Shown in pieces: positions 54,672 through 64,000 of a DNA stretch of 64,000 nt. Source of the stretch: Cyanophora paradoxa CCMP329 (Eukaryota > Plantae > Glaucophyta); the NCBI GenBank assembly GCA_004431415.1, contig QPMI01000478.1, forward strand, positions 62,001 to 126,000, in the 5' to 3' direction. Under the pieces are notes generated by a model. It was given only the letters and a program-made list of their open reading frames with translations, was not told where the DNA came from and searched no databases. Both the position numbers and the translations under genes were made by a program. How positions within the stretch are numbered: position 1 is the stretch's first letter; each line of letters starts with the position of its first letter.

Positions 54672-57600
54672 ATGTGCACGCGGAAATTAATCTTTCGACG
54701 TCGGCATGTAATAATAGATGACAAAAGATATTTGAAGGCGCACATGTCAGTTTGTGGGGTCAAACTGTACAGCGTGTAGTTGGTAGAACCATATGTAAAT
54801 GGGAATGAGGGCGATAGATTTTCTATCTCAGATGGGATGCCGATTGAGGGGATCGAGGGGCATGCCGCGGTATTGAGTGTCTTGGTCTCTGCACAGAGCA
54901 CATATATATGAACGATCATGTACAGTTATATAATTATTTGAATATGACATCACGCGGCCGCGCACGTGTGATTGTCACATTCCAAGCTCCCGAGGGATTG
55001 ACAGCGACTGCGAGATTAATGTAAAACAACTGCAGTGTAACTCTCGAGCTCGCGATCGATCTCAATCAAGTGCCAATCAAATTGCACCCTGTTCTATAGC
55101 GACGTAATAGGTCCTGCCAGCGTAGACGCTGAGAGTTGGCGATCCTCCACCTCCGCCCCGCAGAAACGAGCTTGTCGTGAAGTCGAAGCGCTCGTCCAGC
55201 GGGCAGATCTGTGCCGCAGTGCGTTTGACTGTTAACGTTCTTTTGAGCACATGCACGTGTGATCGATTCTAGGAGCCACTCGCCGTCGGTGGAAGGACGT
55301 AGATCCGCGGATAGTAACCATCTCCGCCGGAGTTTGCACTCGTGTCGGCCGCAAAGCTCAGAGCAATCTGGACGCAATGTATTGCGCTTAGCAGTAATTT
55401 TAATTTGAGGCACTGATGATTATGATTTCGATTAAGGCACCTTCATGTCGGCGGTTGGCGTGAACTGTGCATGCGCACAAAGTGCTCATTTCATGTTGGT
55501 TGGTGTGAGCGAGTATGTGCCGGGGAAAGTAGAATGTACCTTGAAGAAAACCTCGGGGCCGACACGATCGAAGAGGGCGTGGTAGCCCTCGTTCGCAAAG
55601 GTCGGCAGTCTATCGCCGCGCGTGACGTTGGCCAGGGTCGATGAAGGGAAGCTGTTTGCAAACCACCCAGGAACGGAAACCGACGGAGTGGCGTCCGAGC
55701 AGAACGAATCCATTTCTGGAAGTGCATGCAGAATTACGTAAGCTCTGAGAAACGGGAGGCGATTGTGATCGAGATCCTTTGATTTACCCCATGCAGTTAA
55801 AGTAAAATTGCCTCCCGCTTCGCGGCCGTTTGGCATAGCCAAAACAAGGAAATACTGCTCGTCGGGCGGAATGGATGCAATCGACATTCAGGGATGGAAC
55901 TGCGCGTGCAGTTTCACAGTACAGACCTGCTCATTTGCACGCATGTAGGCCTTCACGGTTGAGGGGTAGGCTTGAGTTCCACTTCCGGGAAAAGGGCACA
56001 AGCCAATGTCGCCGTTCGCATTCATGAGCCCGCCCGACGCATCTGCCGCGATTTCCACCCGAACATGTCATTGAATGGGCTTCGCCCTCTAACTCTTATT
56101 AATTTGGTTAATGCGCACGTTCTCGGCTGAGGAGGCAGTTCTTGGAGACGCCGCCGGCCCCGCAAGCCTTCCCGCTCAAAACGTACATCGCGTCGTCGTT
56201 ATAGTCAACGTCCTTTTTCCCGGACGGCGCGGAGCACGTTGTGAAGCGGACATACATGTCCCGCGAAGGCTTGAAGCTGTCGGCCGCGCACGCGCATGAT
56301 CAAGACATGTCGCTCTTCTAAATGATGCAGAAACAATCCAGAAGTGCGCACCTGAACCACAGCTCTGGTAGCCCGTATCCCGATGCACCAAAGGCGCCGC
56401 GGACCGCAGAGCTCCTCGACTGCATGTGCTGAGAGGTCCGCTGCAGCTTCCGACTCTGCAGGCGACGTCCGTTGGTTGTGCTGGAGTCTGTGGCGTCTGG
56501 GACCACTTGAATTTCAGCAGGTAGAGTCCCGAAGAACTTCGCGTCACGCATAGTGCCGCGGAAAGTGTACGTCGCCGATCCGCCTATGCTTGAGCTCGAG
56601 ATGCTTGTGGCAGAAGTGCACGGAGAGGACGCAAGCGCTGCGATTGACCGCGGGATCAAAAACATTCCTTTTGATACCAATTTACAAGCAGTTTGTTTGA
56701 CATACACGGCGACTCGAGCCAACTATAAATTAAGCCACGTTAATTATATATGGTACCGGATTCTCACCCTTTATGAACAACGTGAAGCCTGGGGAGTCTG
56801 GTTGGATTTGAGGGTGTGAAGAAGCAACAATGTAGTATGTGGAGCTCGCGGTCATGTAAGGAGTGACGCGGGCGTTGAAACTCGGCTTCTCTGCGCGAGC
56901 GAGCAGTCGTTAGGTATTGGGTTCCGGAATCCGATTCAGGGAACGAGATGAATCAGCTGCAGAGTGAGAGCATGCGGCTTCGGGTCCGAACCTACGAAAG
57001 CTAAGACGTTGGCGAAGGCTCTGGCCTCTTTGCCGATGACAAAAATGGATTTGTTCGAATTGACTTCATAGTACCTGCGGCGCGTTTTAACTGCAGTATA
57101 TATATTTCTTTGTAAGCATATTTGTAGCCATAGTCAAATAAAATGGTTCACCCGCTCGCGGTGGGCACATACTTAAAGACCAGCTGGGGCTGCCCTGCAG
57201 GAAAGCCAGGAAGCAGAATCTTGTATGCGGCCACGCTCCGCGTGACGGTCGAGTCCAACACAAGGCTCTCCGCGTCAGTGAGGCTAGAGCTCGCCGCTGC
57301 GAGATTCAAACGCGCGTCGAAAGGGCGAGTAGGTACGAATATAAGTATACGACAGCAAATATGAAGTCACTCACTTTTCACGTTGAAGGAGAACGTCCCG
57401 TTGAACTTCGTCGAATCTGTTCCACTGCCTGCACAGCCGAAAATCTGAGGTTGGCGCAAGAATGCACTTCTGTAAGATTTGTTTTACCATCGACAACCAG
57501 ATAGAGGGTCGAGCCGGCAAAAGCAACAAGGTGCAGTTCGTCGCTCACACCTGCAAAGGGGGATACTCGAGGTTAAGTATAAATGCAGAAGCACCCGACC

Positions 57601-58419
57601 ACCAAACATCCCGATCGCGAGTCCGCCCCTAGAGCGGGCCCTCTTCAATTCCCCTTCCCCTCATATTTAGTTGGCGCCACTCGGCCGCCCACTCGATCGA
57701 GATCCCCGTGTGAGCCATGTTTACAGCCGGAGAGATTAGGATGCATACGTCTAGATCTGCGAACGCACCGCCGTAGTGCAAAAGAGCGTCTTCCATTGTC
57801 ACATCTGTCGAGCAGATGTCACTGCTGAAAACAAGCACTTTGAAGTTCCATGAAATTGCAGAGGCGTCAGGTTTAATCTTGACCAGTCTGCACATACGTA
57901 TGCGTGCGCCAAGTTACTGCACGTGCCAGAATTGTGACAATCACGGGAGACAATTGGAAACGCACGTGTCAGTCGCCGAAGCGAGTGTGTACCACTTTTC
58001 GGCTGCGCGTGCAAGCAAACATGAGTTTCTAGTCATACACCTATGCCAGTCGACGAGTTGCAAGCGTGACTGCGCTGCGCACGAGCGGGATGGCCGTGGT
58101 AGTACACCGCGTACGCATCGGCATCGACCGTTGAGAAAGCGCTACCAGTGATGTCGCCGGTGCCCGTGGGCGAGCGGTACTGAAGGTAGGCGGATGCTAC
58201 TGCGCCGAAAGGGTTGACTTTCACGCCTCCCGCGGCCGTCGTGCCGGTCACATTCACTCCGCCCGCCGATGCCGCCGCAGCCGAGTCGATCGCAGTCGGA
58301 GAGGCGGCGGCGCACGGGGAGGTCCGCGCTGGACGGGCGACGAAGCCATCCTCCGCGCGGGCAGCAGCCAGGAGGAGGGCGCAGAGCAGAGCCGCGAGCG
58401 CCGCCCGTGCCGCTGACAT
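54672..58419 (-). CDS. 5' exons of a multi-exon host gene with signal peptide; exon boundaries approximate
   Basis: MSAARAALAALLCALLLAAARA signal peptide at 58419; further coding blocks 56318-56722, 55486-55887, ~54750-54890. Confidence 0.6.
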
Positions 58420-58599
58420 GTGGACCAGGATCGGATATCGATCCCGACCAGCAGCAGCGCCGCGGTGCGCTAAGCTATATAACTACAGCTTCTGGATCTC
58501 ACGCGTAAGCAATACTACGTATACGTAGTAAGCTCCATACCATACACTGTGACATACCAGTAGCATATATGTGACACCACGACGCTCCGACGCTCCGTA

Positions 58600-58769
58600 C
58601 CGTCGGGCACTAAATTACCGCGGCATAAATTACCGCGTTTTAAAACCCGGCCCGCCATAGAGCAAAATACCGCGGTATACGTACCAAATTACCGCGTTTT
58701 AACAAATTCTCGGCGCGGTAATTTGGTACCGCGGTAATTAAGTGGGCGCGGTATTTATGTGTTCTACGG
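58600..58769. mobile_element. MITE-like element with imperfect TIRs and TA flanks
   Basis: TA|CCGT...ACGG|TA with internal inverted AATTACCGCG repeats. Confidence 0.65.
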
Positions 58770-59005
58770 TAGCCGCTAAGCCTGGTTCGTAGGAGTCGGT
58801 AGCGACGACGGTAGGACCGTCGGACCATCGGACTCCGGGACAGCCACCGTGGCCCAGACTCCGCCCAGTGGCACCACTGTGGCACTGCCCAGTGCCCAGT
58901 GCCCACCAGTCTTGGACGCTTGGCACCAGAATCTGTGACCAGATCATCATCTTAACTTTAGTAAAGCCAAGTTAAAGGTCCACCGGCCCGGTAGTAGGGC
59001 CGGGA

Positions 59006-59220
59006 CTGCAGGACGGCTTAAATAGCCGTATTTTTAAATTGCCTTAAATTGCCAAGAGGCCGATTTCGGCAATTTAGCATCACGGCAATTGCTTGGGGGG
59101 TAGGGTTTGTTCTAGCTCGCCATAGAGCAGAAGCTGGATTCGGCAATTTATCGCCGCGGCAATTCCGGTTTAGGGCGAATTCGCCAATTTTACACCACGG
59201 CAATTTAAGCCGTCCTACAG
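59006..59220. mobile_element. MITE, same family as 59951-60168
   Basis: TIR CTG(C/T)AGGACGGCTTAAAT. Confidence 0.8.
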
Positions 59221-59660
59221 AGTAGGGCCGGTACCGGTCCGGCCGAGTCATTATACTAGTATATTGGCAACCGAGTTACAGTCTCAACTTATATTACAGA
59301 CTTACAGTACTAACTTACTATCACTAAGTTAAACCGATCGCGCGACGTCGCCGAGTCGACGGCGACTCGACGCATGCGCATGCAGATACTAGTATCATAG
59401 TATATGTCAGCGCATCGATATCTGCCAGGCTGCAGCTGCCATTGAGTCACCGTCACGGCGTCGACTCGAGCTCAATGTCAGAGTCACTGAGTCACGATTC
59501 GCGATTCACTGAGCTGCGTCACGATTCGCGATTCAATGAGTCACGATTCGCGATTCACGAATCAAGAATCCCGATTTCCATGATGCCATGATGGTCCATT
59601 GATGGACTGACGTCTCCGAGTCTCCGAGAGTCTCCGAGACTCCGACTCTACCGCATAAGA

Positions 59661-59945
59661 CGGTATAACACAATAACATGACGGGCACTATACAGCTTAG
59701 TCTATACTATGTCGGTACCAAATTATGTCGCTTCGAACTTGAAATAACGACATAATTTGGGACCGTCATAGTAGGGCACTCTCAGTGGTACCCCATACAA
59801 TTTATACCGCCCCATACAAGCCTGAAAATTTCATGACGACATAATTATAATTTGGTACCGTCATATTCCACCAACAGAAGGGTCAAGCTTTTTTAAAATT
59901 TTTATAACGACATAAATCTGTCAGCCATATTTTTGTGTTACACGG
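59661..59945. mobile_element. MITE-like repeat, inverted copy at 60424-60674
   Basis: ~250-285 bp reverse-complement similarity; TIR CCGTRTAACACA. Confidence 0.8.
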
Positions 59946-59950
59946 CAATA

Positions 59951-60168
59951 CTGTAGGATGGCTTTTTTAGCCGTCGCTTTATTTTGCCGTAAATTGCCGA
60001 GAGGCCGAATTCGGCAATTGTAAGCGTCGGCAATGTTGCTGGGGGTAGAGAGGTTCCTAGGCCGCCATATAGAACGAACGTCTGAATTCGGCAATTTATC
60101 GCCGCGGCAATTCCGGTTTTGAGCGAATTCGGCAATTGAAGTCCACGGCAATTTAAGCCATCCTACAG
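59951..60168. mobile_element. Tc1/mariner-type MITE with TA flanks
   Basis: TA|CTGTAGGATGGCTT...AAGCCATCCTACAG|TA. Confidence 0.85.
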
Positions 60169-60423
60169 TAGTGACGGTATACGTAGACTCCGACTCAGCG
60201 AGGAGTCCGAGGCTGAGGAGGCTCCCGGGTCCGAGCCTGGAAAATAGGCTGGAATTCGAAATCCCGATCGCGCCGCGGCGATCGCGATGATGATCTCATC
60301 ACTGGGCCATCATGCATGGCATCAGACTCCATGATCAGAGTCGATGATTGGACTCGATGATCGGAGGCTTCGAAGTAAGTTCGGACTCAATTGCAAGCTC
60401 GGAGGGCGACCTAGGACTCGCTA

Positions 60424-60674
60424 CCGTGTAACACAAAAATATGGCTGACAGATTTATGTCGTTATAAAACTTGACCCTTCTCTTGGTGAAATATGACGGT
60501 ACCAAATTATGTCGTCATGAACTTTTCAGGCTTGTATGGGGCGGTAAATTGTATGGGGTACCACTGAGAGTGTCCTACTATGACAGTCCCAAATTATGTC
60601 GTTATTTCACGTCCGAAGCGACATAATTTGGTACCGACATAGTAAAGTGCCCGTCATATTATTGTGTTATACGG
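60424..60674. mobile_element. MITE-like repeat, inverted copy of 59661-59945
   Basis: TA|CCGTGTAACACAA...TTGTGTTATACGG|TA. Confidence 0.8.
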
Positions 60675-61011
60675 TAGGAGTCATGCCATGTGAATCCCCG
60701 GGGCCCATGATCATCATGGCATGATGAGTCGGACTCCAGGAGGACCGACTCCGACCGAGTCAAAGGCTGTCCGAGTCCTCATGCACCGTGAAAGGTCCGT
60801 GATGCACGCCGTGCCACCCGGTGACCGTGGCACGCGTACGGTGTGAGTCCGTGTGACGGTCCCGGGTTATAATTAGAGTCTCAGAGTCTCTCGGAGAAGT
60901 CATGATCACCGACTCAGTGAAGTTGCCACTCAGTGAGTCACAGACTCACAGTGACTGCCCCTAGTCGACGTCTGCCCGGCGCCGGCCGCAGCGCCTGCCA
61001 CCGTGGCACTA

Positions 61012-61258
61012 CTGTAAACGTACGAATATCCGCCAGCGTTTAATTTCGAATAGTTTTTTGACGCCGTGACGCTGGCGAATTAAGCCTTTGTATGGAGATC
61101 AAGAGAAGGGTACCAGCGGCTGACCTCTCTATGGCGAAGTCGCACTGCGGCAGGGTGTCGAAATCAAGACGCTGGCGGACTAATTTTCGACAGGATTTTC
61201 GGGTTTTGTCGAATTAAAGTGCTGGCCCAGTACGTGGCGGATATTAGTACGTTTACAG
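61012..61258. mobile_element. Tc1/mariner-type MITE with TA flanks
   Basis: TA|CTGTAAACGTACGAATATCCGCCA...TGGCGGATATTAGTACGTTTACAG|TA. Confidence 0.85.
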
Positions 61259-61516
61259 TAATTATACTAGTATAACTGTATATCTTTAGTAAGGGCCTGA
61301 GCTCGCCAGGCTCGAGCCTCGGAGCCGAGTCGGAGGCTGCCAGACAGTGCCAGTCACAGACTGAGTGTCAGACTCACAGGACTCAGATCACAGCCAGACT
61401 GATCCAGTGCCAGGCTGGAAAACCGTTGAACGCCGCAATGAACGGACTCCGGGAGAGAAACCGTTGAACGTGTCACCGGTTTTTCCACAGGTTTTCCCAA
61501 GGACCGTCGGACTCAG

Positions 61517-61798
61517 GTCGTTTTCCCCATGCGCGGGCCGCGCGGCGACTTGGAATTCGGTAATTAGGTAATTAGGGGTCTTTCGTCGACGAGGGGAGGG
61601 GTACAGTCTTTAAACTAGTTCCGGACAGCCCGAGCTAATTAGCCGGAACTCGAGGAGGTCCGGCCCGACCTCCTCGAATTCCAAGCTAATTAGATTTTTA
61701 CCGGTTCGAGGATCGTCCGCAAAAAAAGGTGCGTGTTCGACCTAATTACCTAATTACCTAATTCCCGACTACGGCAAGTCCTACATGGGGAAAACGAG
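61517..61798. mobile_element. Palindromic MITE-like element
   Basis: TCGTTTTCCCCATG/CATGGGGAAAACGA ends and inverted TAATTAGG repeats. Confidence 0.65.
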
Positions 61799-63577
61799 GT
61801 CAGATCTAGAGACTAGAGTCACTCAGTGACTCATCAGTGACCGTCGGACTCCGACCCAGTCTCGACTCTCGAGCTCCGCCGAGCCGGGAGATCTCGCGAT
61901 GCATATGGAATCTTGACTCAGTGAGCCAGGGGGCCGGCGGGGGGGTCGAGCCGCCATCATATGCATGGCGCCATGGCCAGTACTAGTCGGGACTCGGGAG
62001 TCGGGAGTCGGGAGTCGGGAGTCGGGACCATCGGACCGTCGACGTCCGACGGTCGCACTCGCGCGCGAGCTCCGAATTCGGCGGCTCTGAATTCGAATTC
62101 GAAGCCTCCGACTCCGATCGCGGCCGGGTCCGCCGCCGGGACTCGGGCGGCGACCGTCGGACTCGCCGGCGAGTCCGACGGTCGATGTCGACGTCGGGCC
62201 GGGCCGCCCGCGGCCCGGCCGCCGCCGGGGCCCGCCGCCCGTGCACCGTGCACGCCGTGACGTTTGCCGTCACCCCGCCGTGGCACGGTGGGCCATGCAT
62301 CATGATTCATGATGCATATATATGCATGGGCCCCCCGCGCCCGGCCGCGGGCCCGTGCCCGTGTCGACGTCCCGGGCCGGGCGCCGCCGCGCCGGGGCCG
62401 GGGGCCGGGCCGCCGGCGCCCGGGCCGCGGCCGGCCGCGGGGGCCGCGGGTCCCCCGCCGCGCGCCGCCGGGACTCCGGGACTCCGCCGAGCCGATCGCG
62501 AGTCGCGACTCGCGACCGTCGGACTCCGGACCGTTAATTAGTAATAACATCACTGACTCCGGGACGTCGACGGTATTGTGCCGTCACGTCTCGCACGTCT
62601 AGGGGAGAGACGTAGACCCACACCCTGTACAACAGAGTACAGACCTGCGATGCACTCGATCGTAGGCCGTATAGGCCAGCCCGAGTCCCAGGCAGCCCGT
62701 AGCTATGAGACTGCAGGCCGCAGTGCTAGTATTAATTACAGCTGCTACGCAAGCCGAATCCGAAGCTCTGCCACGTGCACACTCTAATCGAATATAATCC
62801 GAGCCTGACTAAGTCTGCCGAAGTCTGCCGACTCTGGCTATTTACTATTTAATAATTCACGTACGCGTACTGGGCTACATCGTCCCTTCAGGGCAAAACC
62901 CTTCAGCCCTTGAGCGTCCTGCCACCTCGACGCACTCGAGCGCCAAACCCTTCAGCCCTTGAAGGCCAAACCTTTCAGCCCTTGAAGGCCGCTCGCCTGC
63001 CAGGCTGGTGGCCCAGTGGCCTCCGAGCGCCACGTCACCCTCCGAGTGCCCCGCCACCTTGGCCATTCGAGTGCTAGGCCCGGGGCCTCTCCTGGACCGG
63101 GTACGCCGGGCCGGCGGCCGGCCCCCCCTCAGGGCCCGCAGCGGGTACGCCCCCGCGTCGATCGCGAACTCGCGATCGCGCCCGCGACATTCGCCGCAGC
63201 ACAAGAAAGCCGTCCTCGGCGTCCATCCCGCGACGTTCGCCGCAGCAAATCGAAAGTCCCCGAATATTTACATATCCACAATTTAGAAGGTTGAGCTGCC
63301 GAACAACGACATCGACCGGCTCCGTCCCTTCGAATTCGCAACTCGCAGTCGACGTCGGCCCTGCAGACGCCGCTGCCCCTCGACGTCTTGCGAGTCTGGC
63401 CCCTCCGGCCTGTGGCTGGATCCGTAGACGGCGAGAAAAGAGGGAATCCTGTGCTTCAGAACGCGGACGCCGCCGCGACGGGCACTTCCAAAATTCCCGC
63501 TCTTGTTCTCAAATCCGCCTTACGAAATCCTCCACCATTTTCGACCCGAGAATAAAATGAGCGGCCGGACGCACAGA

Positions 63578-63742
63578 TAAATTGACGGTTGCTGTGGGTC
63601 CGCCGGCGATAGGTGCACTTGCACATCGAGTCGGTTGCTGACGGGTCCGCCGGCGATAGGTGCACTTGCACATCGAGTCGGTTGCTTGACGGTTGCTGAT
63701 AAATTGACGGTTGCTGTGGGTCCGCCAGACGATGGTGCACCT
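63578..63742. repeat. Short imperfect tandem repeats
   Basis: GGGTCCGCCGGCGATAGGTGCACTTGCACATCGAGTCGGTTGCT x2 and GATAAATTGACGGTTGCTGTGGGTCCGCC x2. Confidence 0.8.
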
Positions 63743-64000
63743 GAAAGGACCCGACGCCAAGCCTCACTGGCCTCAGCCCGCGACGATGATGCGCCGCGGA
63801 CGCCCTGCTCCGAGCGATGGTGCGCTCGAGCCCGCTCCGACGTCGGGTACCGAGCGCCGCCGCACTCGGATTTCAAAATGTGCCACCTGCGGTGACGAGA
63901 CGTTGAGCCCACGTCCGTCCAATGCAGGTCCGACCCGGTCACGTTCGGATGGACGACGACCTCGGGCCCTCCCGGCCCTCAACCGCCGTACGTCCCCCGT

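Noticed and set aside
61957-62602. Overlapping ORFs on both strands
   Set aside because: GC-rich palindromic low-complexity DNA; translations are R/P/G/A-rich without domain signal
1-64000. tRNA or rRNA genes, and host species assignment
   Set aside because: No recognisable tRNA/rRNA signature by eye; sequence alone does not support naming the host

Overview
Eukaryotic (protist/alga-like, intron-rich) genomic window. Most of it (~2831-54662, ~51.8 kb) is an endogenous dsDNA virus bounded by a 9-bp direct repeat (CCTATATAT). It appears to sit at an intron/exon junction of a multi-exon, minus-strand host gene for a secreted protein. The gene set matches the small Nucleocytoviricota relatives called mriyaviruses (Yaravirus-like): double-jelly-roll major capsid protein, A32-type packaging ATPase, VLTF3, RuvC-like resolvase, two tandem HUH endonucleases, SSB, SF3 helicase and YqaJ-type nuclease. 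I recognised no DNA polymerase, RNA polymerase or integrase. The helicase gene and its divergent neighbour carry short GT-AG spliceosomal introns, while structural genes are intronless and mostly preceded by a WTTTCYNA motif. Non-coding hubs include three (GGGACTT)n arrays and a nested inverted-repeat region at 33.7-35.2 kb; GGGGTAC is strongly over-represented. A 5.9-kb tyrosine-recombinase (DIRS/PAT-like) retrotransposon with an unusual A-gag-B/A-pol-YR-B layout is nested in the virus. Several genes carry 1-nt frameshifts, mostly in homopolymers, which are probably assembly errors. The last ~5.5 kb is host intergenic DNA dense in MITE-like elements. All assignments are from motif reading by eye; no database searches were run.
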